Below the pieces are notes generated by a model. That model was not told the DNA's origin. It worked only from the letters and a program-made list of their open reading frames with translations, and did not search any database. This document shows positions 33,322-41,398 of a stretch of DNA of 60,416 nucleotides, piece by piece. Position 1 is the stretch's first letter. Each line of letters begins with the position of its first letter. A program made the position numbers and the translations under genes. The stretch is from an uncultured bacterium (GTDB taxonomy: Bacteria; Fidelibacterota; Marinisomatia; Marinisomatales; AB-629-J13), in assembly GCA_964606925.1 (NCBI GenBank), contig CAZSIH010000001.1:1-60416 (forward strand). The letters run 5' to 3'.

Positions 33322-33456
33322 TTATACGGTAAGGGCTTTGCGGCTGCGCTGACGCCTACGGGAAAGAACCCTCCTCCCGGCTTTAGTAGACATTCTTTTT
33401 CTAAATCCGTGAGTGCGATTTCTCTTTTTGTTATGTGGCTGGTACGTTCTCTTCAT
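33322..33456 (-). CDS. rpmH: 50S ribosomal protein L34
   Basis: Hand-translated from the minus strand: [44 protein letters not shown] (44 aa). It is below the ORF-track size cut-off. Classic L34 sequence in the classic position opposite dnaA. Confidence 0.92.
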   Translation of the reverse strand: MKRTYQPHNKKRNRTHGFRKRMSTKAGRRVLSRRRQRSRKALTV

Positions 33457-33670
33457 GAATTATCCCTCATATTTAGCCGGCAAAAATACACCCTATTATA
33501 TAAACACACAAAATTTTAATGGATGGTTGCTGCCAGAAAAACAGTAAACTCGATATTGAGAAATATTTTAAAAACGAACATGTTGTGATAGGAAAAGATA
33601 AATAATTGTTTTTAATTTTAGCGCGAAATGGACAAGAGTACAAATGTGGATAACTCGTGGATAACCCCTG
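33457..33670. other. rpmH-dnaA intergenic spacer: candidate oriC and/or dnaA autoregulatory region
   Basis: Contains tandem DnaA boxes (33645-33664), GCGCG (33621-33625) and a nearly pure A/T tract (about 33593-33620). Gene orientation switches here and two parS sites lie 3.4-5.5 kb away. Confidence 0.45.
33645..33664 (+). promoter_or_regulatory. Two tandem DnaA boxes: TGTGGATAA (33645-33653) and cGTGGATAA (33656-33664)
   Basis: One perfect and one single-mismatch match to the TTATCCACA complement. They have an 11-bp period and the same orientation, and end 6 nt before the dnaA ATG. Confidence 0.7.
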
Positions 33671-35011
33671 ATGCATAATACAGTTTGGAAGGCAGTAAAA
33701 AAGTCCATAAAAACAGACATCCCAAATCATGCCTTTAATACGTGGATTTCTCCAATAAAACCAGTGGCTCTTAAAAGAAACGAATTGATACTTGAAGTGC
33801 CAAATCAATTTTTTTATGAATGGCTGGACACGCACTATATGGAGACAATTAAAAGTAAGGCAATAAATGAAAAAGGAATTCCTCTGAATGTAAAATATAC
33901 GATTTCAACAGAAAAAAGAATAATTATAAACAATGCTAATGAAAAAAATGAGCAAAAAAGATTTAAACAAAAACCAACAACCTTTATAAATAAAAACCAA
34001 AGGTTCGAAAATTTTATAGAAGGGTCAAACAATCAATTTGCCAGAGCAGCAGCTATGTCAGTAGCAAAAACCCCAGGCGAGTCACGCTATAATCCTTTAG
34101 TTATTTATGGAGGTGTAGGGTTGGGAAAGACTCACTTGCTACATGCAATCGGAAATCAGATTTTAGCAAACGAAAAAAATAGAAAGGTGGTTTTAGAGAC
34201 CAGTGAAAGATTCACACAAGAGTTTATAAACAGCATACAAAAAAACACCAATGATGAGTTCACCAAAAAATATAGAAGTGCAGACATATTGCTTATAGAT
34301 GACATTCAGTTTTTTAAAGGAAAAGTGCAAACACAAGAACAGTTTTTTCACACATTTAATGAGCTACACCAATTAAACAAACAAATAGTTCTTTCTGCAG
34401 ATACATACCCTGGAGACATGGCAGGACTTCAAGATAGATTGATTTCAAGATTTCAGTCAGGACTGTCTGTTGATATTCAACCACCTGATTATGAAACCAG
34501 GGTTGCTATTCTCTTGGAGAAAGCTCAACAGAACGGATTAGAACTCCAATATGATTTAGTAGAACTTATTGCAACGCATATAAAAACCAACATTCGTGTA
34601 TTGGAAAGCATTATTATACGTCTTCTTGCAAACTCATCCCTACACGGCAAGGAGATAGACAGAGATTTAGTTGAGGAGGTGATCAGGGAAAAACTGGGCA
34701 AAGAAATGATTTTAGAGTTGAACCTGGAAGACGTAGTAAAAAAAGTTTCAGAAACGAGAAATGTTCCCCTAAAATTAATAGTGGGACCGTCCAGAAGGAA
34801 AGAATTAGTTAAGACAAGACATTTAGCAATGTATCTATGTAGGGAACTGACCAACAACACGCTGACATCCATCGGACTGTTTTTTGGAGGAAGAGATCAC
34901 TCAACGGTGTTACATGCATGTGCTCAGGTGGAGAAAGTTTATAAAAGGAAAACCGCCGTAACAAAGTTTATAAATCAAATGAGTAAAGATTTGTCAATTG
35001 CAAATTTTTAA
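33671..35011 (+). CDS. dnaA: Chromosomal replication initiator protein DnaA
   Basis: AAA+ Walker A GGVGLGKTHL, Walker B LLIDDIQF and C-terminal DNA-binding helix region ..FGGRDHSTVLHA... 446 aa. Confidence 0.96.
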   Translation: MHNTVWKAVKKSIKTDIPNHAFNTWISPIKPVALKRNELILEVPNQFFYEWLDTHYMETIKSKAINEKGIPLNVKYTISTEKRIIINNANEKNEQKRFKQKPTTFINKNQRFENFIEGSNNQFARAAAMSVAKTPGESRYNPLVIYGGVGLGKTHLLHAIGNQILANEKNRKVVLETSERFTQEFINSIQKNTNDEFTKKYRSADILLIDDIQFFKGKVQTQEQFFHTFNELHQLNKQIVLSADTYPGDMAGLQDRLISRFQSGLSVDIQPPDYETRVAILLEKAQQNGLELQYDLVELIATHIKTNIRVLESIIIRLLANSSLHGKEIDRDLVEEVIREKLGKEMILELNLEDVVKKVSETRNVPLKLIVGPSRRKELVKTRHLAMYLCRELTNNTLTSIGLFFGGRDHSTVLHACAQVEKVYKRKTAVTKFINQMSKDLSIANF

Positions 35012-35018
35012 AGAACAA

Positions 35019-35028
35019 CCCCCCCCCC
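35019..35028. repeat. C10 homopolymer tract
   Basis: Read directly. It lies in the 20-bp spacer between the convergent stops of dnaA (35011) and the dehydrogenase gene (35032). Confidence 0.9.
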
Positions 35029-35031
35029 GAG

Positions 35032-36228
35032 TTAATCACTAATTATTTTATACACACTCCCACTATAATCTAAAAAATAGAGTTCCCCTAATCCGTCTTT
35101 TCCAAATGAGGACACATAAAACTGTTTTTTTCCAGTTCCTTTTCGAATTTCTTCGGTTCGACTTGTAAGATGAGTTATTTCTAAGTTTTTATAAACAAAA
35201 CTCCAGAATTTTCCTGTGCAATAATCTGCAAAAATATAATGACCCTGAAATTTAGGAATTAATTTACCACGATAAACATATCCTCCGGTTACAGAACACC
35301 CCTGAACCGTAGCTTCTCTCTGTGCAAATCCAGCAAGAGTTTTTATATAATTTGCATCATTAGGATATTCAAAAATCGGCATGGTTAAACCGAAAATATC
35401 GCAGTCTTGTTCAGGTGAAAAACAATGATTTCCTTCCATAATATTCCACCCAAGATTTGATCCACCGCCCCACGGAGAAACAACATGAATTTCTTCCCAG
35501 TTATTTTGCCCCACATCTCCGATGTAAATTTCTTTGGTTTTAGGGTCAAAAGAAAATCGCCAGGGGTTTCTAAGTCCGTACAGCCAAATTTCCTTTTTAG
35601 TGTTCTTTATGTTAATGAAGGGATTACTTTGAGGTATTCCATAGGGTGTTCCGGAATCCACATCAATTCTTAAAACAGAACCCAAAAGTGAATTTTTGTT
35701 TTGCCCGTTATTTTTAGGATCTCCTGCAGATCCTCCATCCCCAAGCCCGATGTATAAATAGCCGTCTTCGCCAAATTCTAATTGACCGCCATTATGGTTT
35801 GAATACGGCTGAACAATATCCAACAAAATTACTTCACTTTGTTTTAATGAATCAGGTGGACGGTTACAAAACCTCGAAATTATTGTATGCTGTTCCTTTG
35901 AGACATAATTTATATAGAAGAAACCATTCTCATTAAACTTTGGATGAAAGGCTATTCCCAAAAGCCCCCTTTCGTCACCGGGAAACAGGGGATTGTGAAC
36001 CCTGTCCGAAACATTAAGAAAGGGTGTTTTTAACAGCCGCCCGGATTTTATTAATCTGACTACCCCTTTTTGTTCTAAAACAAATAACAGTGAATCTCCC
36101 GTTTCAGCAGGAGCAGTTATATAAACCGGTTTATCTAAGCCAAATGCAATTAACCTGGAGGCGATTGAAGCATTGCTGCAAAAGGCGAAACACACAACAG
36201 TCAAGAATAAAAGAGAAAGTCGGAGCAT
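35032..36228 (-). CDS. PQQ-dependent sugar (glucose/sorbosone) dehydrogenase family, beta-propeller, secreted
   Basis: Signal peptide. HNGGQLEFGEDGYLYIGLGDGGSAGDP and YGLRNPWRFSFD are typical of soluble aldose sugar dehydrogenases. Confidence 0.8.
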   Translation of the reverse strand: MLRLSLLFLTVVCFAFCSNASIASRLIAFGLDKPVYITAPAETGDSLLFVLEQKGVVRLIKSGRLLKTPFLNVSDRVHNPLFPGDERGLLGIAFHPKFNENGFFYINYVSKEQHTIISRFCNRPPDSLKQSEVILLDIVQPYSNHNGGQLEFGEDGYLYIGLGDGGSAGDPKNNGQNKNSLLGSVLRIDVDSGTPYGIPQSNPFINIKNTKKEIWLYGLRNPWRFSFDPKTKEIYIGDVGQNNWEEIHVVSPWGGGSNLGWNIMEGNHCFSPEQDCDIFGLTMPIFEYPNDANYIKTLAGFAQREATVQGCSVTGGYVYRGKLIPKFQGHYIFADYCTGKFWSFVYKNLEITHLTSRTEEIRKGTGKKQFYVSSFGKDGLGELYFLDYSGSVYKIISD

Positions 36229-36233
36229 TGTCT

Positions 36234-36722
36234 CTATTTTAATTTTAGTGAAAGAGTTTCGCTAAAATCAGCAACAACTCTATTAGAAATGGAGGGTACT
36301 TTTGCAATGATTTTTATTTCTTCATTTTCCCGCTCGCCCGATTGAATTGCACGGCGAACCAGGCGGTATATTTTTTCTCCATCCATACAGTAAAAATGAA
36401 CATCTCCTTCCGCCCTCAGTTTAAAATCAGCATGAAAATCTTTAAAAATTAAAATAATCTTTTCTTTGCTTTCACGTATCCTTGCCATTGCTAAAATCCC
36501 TGCGGTTATATCAGCTCCAACAGCAAGGGCACCAAAATACATTGAATTAAGGTGGTTTTTTGTGTGTCTTTTAAGAGGAATTTTTATTTCTGAATGAGTT
36601 TGGCTAATTGAGATAACCACTGGACGACAATAATGTATCATTGGAACCCTCCAAAAACCAAGCATTCGGATCATCCAGGTTGCTTTAAATTCAGCGGAAA
36701 ACATATTTATCATAAACCACAA
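36234..36722 (-). CDS. Hotdog-fold thioesterase-like protein (DUF4442-like)
   Basis: 162 aa. ..RHTKNHLNSMYFGALAVGADITAGILAM.. resembles the DUF4442/PaaI-like pattern. The start codon is uncertain because several in-frame Met codons are present. Confidence 0.5.
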   Translation of the reverse strand: MWFMINMFSAEFKATWMIRMLGFWRVPMIHYCRPVVISISQTHSEIKIPLKRHTKNHLNSMYFGALAVGADITAGILAMARIRESKEKIILIFKDFHADFKLRAEGDVHFYCMDGEKIYRLVRRAIQSGERENEEIKIIAKVPSISNRVVADFSETLSLKLK

Positions 36723-36883
36723 ATAAAAACTTCAATCTATTACAGTAGAAAAATTACACTAAGTAAAAACAAATATACTCAATTATTTAAGAAAAGTAAT
36801 TATAAAAATGAGTTCTGGTATGTTTTATAATTTATGAAATAGATTTAGGGCTTGACAGCAGGGAAGGAAACACAGAAAAATTT

Positions 36884-38491
36884 ATGAAAACAAAAAAAAC
36901 ATTATTGGTTATGGGCACAGTACTTGCCTTAGGCTTATTATTTCCCCTTTACCAGTCCCTCTATAGTCAAGGAAAAAACGCTTACGGATCATTAAAAGAA
37001 AAGATGCAGGTTATGAACCAAATAATCAGATACATTAATGAATTCCATTTTGAGAAAGTAAACATGGCAAAATTAATGGACGGTGCCTTTGATGGCATTA
37101 TGAAAAAACTGGACCCACACTCAGTTTATATTCCCCCAAAGGAATTGGGAGAAATAGACGAAAAATTTAAGGGAAAATTTCAGGGTATAGGAATTGAATT
37201 TGACATACTAAACGGTTATATTACCGTAATAACACCCGTAGCGGATAGCCCATCAGAACGTGTTGGTTTACAGCCGGGGGATCAGATTATTGCAATCAAT
37301 GGTGAAGATGCATACGAAATAAAAAAAGAACAAGTTTTTGAAAAACTAAGAGGGAAAAAGGGGACATCGGTTAATGTCACAGTCAGCAGAATAGGTGTTT
37401 CGAAACCATTTGAAGTTACTATTGTCAGGGACAACATTCCCATTTACAGCGTATGGGCTGAAACAATGATAGACGACTCTACCGGATATGTACGCCTCAC
37501 ACGATTTTCAGCAATGACAAAACAAGAAGTAGAAAAGGCAATACACCGGCTGAAATCTCAAGGGATGAAAAGACTTATGCTTGATCTTAGAAATAACAGC
37601 GGTGGTTATTTGGAACAAGCCGCAGGTATTGCGGATTTATTTATTGCGGAAAAAGATACAATCGTTTATACTAAAGGGAAAAAAACAAACACAGGTCAAG
37701 TCTTTCTGGCGGATCCCATAAGAGGCGAAAACGACATCCCTTTAATTATTTTAGTAAACAGGGGTAGTGCGAGTGCCAGCGAAATTGTATCCGGGGCAAT
37801 TCAAGACCTGGATAGAGGTCTGATTGTTGGTGAAACAACATTTGGAAAAGGGTTAGTTCAAAAACAACTTCAACTGAGAGACGGTTCAGCCATTCGGATT
37901 ACAATAGCAAGGTATTTCACCCCCAGCGGCAGATTGATTCAAAGACCTTACGAAGAAGGTAAAGACAGGGCATACTATCTGGAACTCTATTCAAAAAACA
38001 GAGAAACAAAACTTGATTCTTTAAAAGAGTTGCGCCCAAAGTATAGGACTAGAATGGGAAGAATTGTTTACGGAGGAGGAGGGATCACACCGGACATACA
38101 TATTCCCTACTCTTCAAAAATAAGTAATTCAATTCAAAAAATACTGGGACACACTAAAAGACCCATATTTAACTGGGCTTCCGCTTATACAACTAAATAT
38201 AAATCAAATGAACAATTTGAAAATTACAAGTCGTTCAAAAGTACATGGACACTTCCGAAGGAAGATTTTATAGATTTTCTCCAATACCTTGAAAATGAAG
38301 ACATAATAATCGACACAGCTTATGACGATGAAGAAACAAAGCTTTTATCTTTACGCATAAAAGCTGAGATTGCTGGAGTTGTGTGGGGAAGAAACGAAGC
38401 GGTTGGCGTTCGTATTTTAGGAGACAATCAAGTACAAGAAGGAATAAAATATTTTGATGAAGCCTCTGTTTTTATCAATCAGTCATTTTAA
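36884..38491 (+). CDS. Carboxyl-terminal processing peptidase, S41 family
   Basis: Signal/TM segment. PDZ segment GIGIEF..VITPVADSPSERVGLQPGDQIIAINGE. Catalytic region LVNRGSASASEIVSGAIQD. Confidence 0.87.
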   Translation: MKTKKTLLVMGTVLALGLLFPLYQSLYSQGKNAYGSLKEKMQVMNQIIRYINEFHFEKVNMAKLMDGAFDGIMKKLDPHSVYIPPKELGEIDEKFKGKFQGIGIEFDILNGYITVITPVADSPSERVGLQPGDQIIAINGEDAYEIKKEQVFEKLRGKKGTSVNVTVSRIGVSKPFEVTIVRDNIPIYSVWAETMIDDSTGYVRLTRFSAMTKQEVEKAIHRLKSQGMKRLMLDLRNNSGGYLEQAAGIADLFIAEKDTIVYTKGKKTNTGQVFLADPIRGENDIPLIILVNRGSASASEIVSGAIQDLDRGLIVGETTFGKGLVQKQLQLRDGSAIRITIARYFTPSGRLIQRPYEEGKDRAYYLELYSKNRETKLDSLKELRPKYRTRMGRIVYGGGGITPDIHIPYSSKISNSIQKILGHTKRPIFNWASAYTTKYKSNEQFENYKSFKSTWTLPKEDFIDFLQYLENEDIIIDTAYDDEETKLLSLRIKAEIAGVVWGRNEAVGVRILGDNQVQEGIKYFDEASVFINQSF

Positions 38492-38569
38492 ATTTAACCC
38501 CTGTATGTATAAGGTTAACATAACAACAAAAACACACTTAACTCGCAACAATGAATTTCGGAGGAATAT

Positions 38570-39187
38570 ATGGTAGAATATTTTGTTAATGGCGGTCCAT
38601 TTATGTGGCCCATTTTAATATCACTAATTTTCGGATTAGGATTTTCATTTGAGAGACTTTACTCACTGTTAATGTCATCAGTTAACTCAAAGAAGTTTTT
38701 TCGGGAAGTGTCAGAAAAGCTGGACACAGGCGGTGTTAAACCCGCACTAGAATTGTGTGAAATCACAAGGGGTCCAGTTGCAGCTATTTTTCATGCTGGA
38801 CTTGCCAGGAGGCACAGAGGTCTTTCAGAAGTTGAAAAAGCAATTCAGAATGCGGGACCGGTGGAAATGGCTTTCCTTGAGAGAAACATGATATGGCTTA
38901 ATGCTGTAATAACCATCGCTCCCATGATTGGATTTACCGGAACAGTAGTGGGAATGATTGGAGCTTTCGATGCCATAAAAGCGGCAAATGACATTTCGCC
39001 GGCAGTAGTTGCAGGAGGGATTTCGCAGGCGTTATTAACTACTGCTTTTGGGTTGATTGTTGCGATGATAGTTCAAATATTCCAAAATTTTTTTGTAAAT
39101 AGGATTGATGGGCTTATTCTTGATATGGAAGAACATTCGGTTCAATTGGTAGACCATTTATACGAACTGGAAGCAAAAGAAAAATAG
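38570..39187 (+). CDS. exbB: MotA/TolQ/ExbB proton-channel family protein (ExbB-type, 3 TM)
   Basis: 205 aa. C-terminal channel helices ..PMIGFTGTVVGMIGAF..GGISQALLTTAFGLIVA... GGAGG Shine-Dalgarno sequence 6 nt upstream. Followed by exbD x2 and tonB. Confidence 0.85.
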   Translation: MVEYFVNGGPFMWPILISLIFGLGFSFERLYSLLMSSVNSKKFFREVSEKLDTGGVKPALELCEITRGPVAAIFHAGLARRHRGLSEVEKAIQNAGPVEMAFLERNMIWLNAVITIAPMIGFTGTVVGMIGAFDAIKAANDISPAVVAGGISQALLTTAFGLIVAMIVQIFQNFFVNRIDGLILDMEEHSVQLVDHLYELEAKEK

Positions 39188-39199
39188 GAAGAAAATTCC

Positions 39200-39598
39200 A
39201 TGTCCATGAAAAAAAGACGCTATAAAAGTGGGGAAATCCCCACGTCTTCCATGGCAGACATTGCTTTTTTGCTACTCATATTTTTTCTGGTAACCACTAC
39301 CATTGATATGGACAAGGGGCTAGGCATTGTCCTTCCACCGGAAGGGGACACCATTGAAATCAGGAAAAAAAACATTTTAAACTGCCTCATAAACTCACAG
39401 GGAAAAGTGCTTTTAGGAGGAGATCCGGTGGAAACAAAAAATATCAGCAGGATTGTAAAAGAAAAAATGAGAAAAAACGAAAAACTTATTATTTCTGTGA
39501 AGTCACACGAAAAAACTCGATACAAAGACTATGTCGCTGTCATAGATCAACTGAAGATAGCAAATGCTAAAAGGATTTCCATTGCAGAAACAGACTGA
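39200..39598 (+). CDS. exbD: Biopolymer transport protein ExbD/TolR
   Basis: 132 aa with one TM segment. The conserved Asp context is TSSMADIAFLLLIFFLV. Confidence 0.85.
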   Translation: MSMKKRRYKSGEIPTSSMADIAFLLLIFFLVTTTIDMDKGLGIVLPPEGDTIEIRKKNILNCLINSQGKVLLGGDPVETKNISRIVKEKMRKNEKLIISVKSHEKTRYKDYVAVIDQLKIANAKRISIAETD

Positions 39599-40008
39599 TG
39601 TCATTTAATAAAAAAATAAAACTAGATACTGAAATTCCTACAGCTTCCATGCCAGACATTATTTTTATGTTGCTCATTTTTTTTATGGTGACAACTGTTT
39701 TAAGAGAATATTCGGGACTTCCAATAAATCTTCCAAAAGCTAAAAGAATTGAAAAATTAAAATCCAAGAGACACACAACTCATATTTGGGTTTCCAAGGA
39801 AGGATTGATTTCCATAGAAGATAAATTGTATCCGGTAAAAGATGTGCGCCACGTAATGTATGACAAGAGATCTGACGACCCTCAAATTGTTGTATCATTA
39901 AAAGCAGACGAAGAGGCACGAATGGGATTGGTTTCGGGGATTCACAATGAATTAAGAAAAGCAGACGCACTAAAACTCAACTATTCAACAAAAACCGCAG
40001 TAGATTAA
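39598..40008 (+). CDS. exbD: Biopolymer transport protein ExbD/TolR (second paralogue)
   Basis: 136 aa. TASMPDIIFMLLIFFMV. 1-nt overlaps on both sides. Confidence 0.85.
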   Translation: MSFNKKIKLDTEIPTASMPDIIFMLLIFFMVTTVLREYSGLPINLPKAKRIEKLKSKRHTTHIWVSKEGLISIEDKLYPVKDVRHVMYDKRSDDPQIVVSLKADEEARMGLVSGIHNELRKADALKLNYSTKTAVD

Positions 40009-40634
40009 TGAATGTTATCGAACATATCGGTTCACTAAGAACCACATATTCTTTCATTGTGAGGATAGCATCACTCATCTCTGTTACTCTGCTCATTGTT
40101 TTTCTTCTTTTATATCCCCGTTTTGGCGGAAAGACGACATTAGAAGAACAGGCGCAAATTATAATTGAACAGATTGATATTCCGCAAACTCAGCAAATAA
40201 ATCGCCCACCTCCACCGGCAAGACCTTCCATCCCTATTGAATCAGAAAGTGAGGATATTTCCGATGACCTTACCATGGACGAACTTGACCTAGAAAGCTT
40301 TGAAGCATGGGATGCTCCCCCTCCGCCACCTGAAGGCCCTCAGGTAAGATTTATACCATACGATGATCCTCCGGTTCCCAAAACACCCATTAGACCAAAA
40401 TATCCCGAAATTGCTCAGGAAGCGGGAATAGAAGGAACGGTTTATGTTGAGGCGTTTATCGACAAAAAAGGGCGAGTAAAAGAAGTAAAAATAATCAAAG
40501 GAATTCCAAACACAGGGCTCAACGAAGCGGCAATGGAAGCAATTAGAAAGACCCGGTTTCACCCTGCGAAACAGCGTGAAAGGGCTGTGGGGGTTTACAT
40601 ATCAATACCGGTTAATTTTAAACTGAAAAACTGA
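40008..40634 (+). CDS. tonB: Energy transducer TonB
   Basis: N-terminal TM segment and Pro-rich spacer (RPPPPARPSIP, APPPPPEGP). C-terminal TonB domain PKYPEIAQEAGIEGTVYVEAFIDKKGRV. Confidence 0.82.
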   Translation: MNVIEHIGSLRTTYSFIVRIASLISVTLLIVFLLLYPRFGGKTTLEEQAQIIIEQIDIPQTQQINRPPPPARPSIPIESESEDISDDLTMDELDLESFEAWDAPPPPPEGPQVRFIPYDDPPVPKTPIRPKYPEIAQEAGIEGTVYVEAFIDKKGRVKEVKIIKGIPNTGLNEAAMEAIRKTRFHPAKQRERAVGVYISIPVNFKLKN

Positions 40635-40644
40635 CTAGAGTTTT

Positions 40645-41397
40645 TCAGATAAATCTTTTAAACAGCTTTCTAAATAATATTTTTAGGGGATCATAAAACC
40701 GGTCAACCACCCGTTCTTTAAGGGGGATAATTCCGTTGTCAGTTATCTGAATATGTTCGGGACACACATCTGTACAGCAACGGGTAATGTTACACATACC
40801 GGAACCAAATGAATTTTTTATACTGGGGATTCTGTCAGCAGTGTCAAGAGGATGCATTTCCAGGCTCGCAAGTCGAATCATAAAGCGTGGACCGATAAAA
40901 TTATCTTTGCTGTCATGGTCTCGAAGAACATGACACACGTTTTGACACAAGTAACACTCTATACATTTTCTAAACTCTTGAACCCTTTCTATATCTTCCT
41001 GCATCATCATATAATCACCATTCTTATCTTTTGCTTTTGGATCAAGTGAAAAAGGAGTGATTTTTTTATTTTGTATGTAATTCCACGAAACATCTGTGAC
41101 GATATCTTTTATGATGGGAAACGCTTTGAGAGGTCTAACAAAAAGCGTTTCATTCTCAGAATATTCATTCATTCGAGTCATACAGGACAGCCGGGGCTTT
41201 CCGTTGATTTCTACACTGCAGGAACCGCACTTACCGGCTTTACAGTTCCACCGTACTGCTAAATCCCCTGCCTGCTCAGCCTGAATTCGGTGAATGACAT
41301 CCAACACGACCATTCCTTTGGTGACCTCAATTTCATATTTAACCATTTCACCTGCAGTTTTATCACCACGGTATATTTCAAAATGTCTTAATGACAC
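40645..41397 (-). CDS. sdhB: Succinate dehydrogenase/fumarate reductase iron-sulfur subunit
   Basis: Three Cys clusters: CKAGKCGSCSVEINGKPRLSC, CIECYLCQNVC and CNITRCCTDVCP. Confidence 0.9.
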   Translation of the reverse strand: MSLRHFEIYRGDKTAGEMVKYEIEVTKGMVVLDVIHRIQAEQAGDLAVRWNCKAGKCGSCSVEINGKPRLSCMTRMNEYSENETLFVRPLKAFPIIKDIVTDVSWNYIQNKKITPFSLDPKAKDKNGDYMMMQEDIERVQEFRKCIECYLCQNVCHVLRDHDSKDNFIGPRFMIRLASLEMHPLDTADRIPSIKNSFGSGMCNITRCCTDVCPEHIQITDNGIIPLKERVVDRFYDPLKILFRKLFKRFI

Positions 41398-41398
41398 C

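Noticed and set aside
33473-33835. 120-aa minus-strand ORF spanning the rpmH-dnaA spacer and the 5' end of dnaA
   Set aside because: It overlaps the DnaA boxes and the first 55 codons of dnaA. The sequence is Cys/Phe/Trp/Tyr-rich with no family resemblance. The region is better explained as regulatory or origin DNA.
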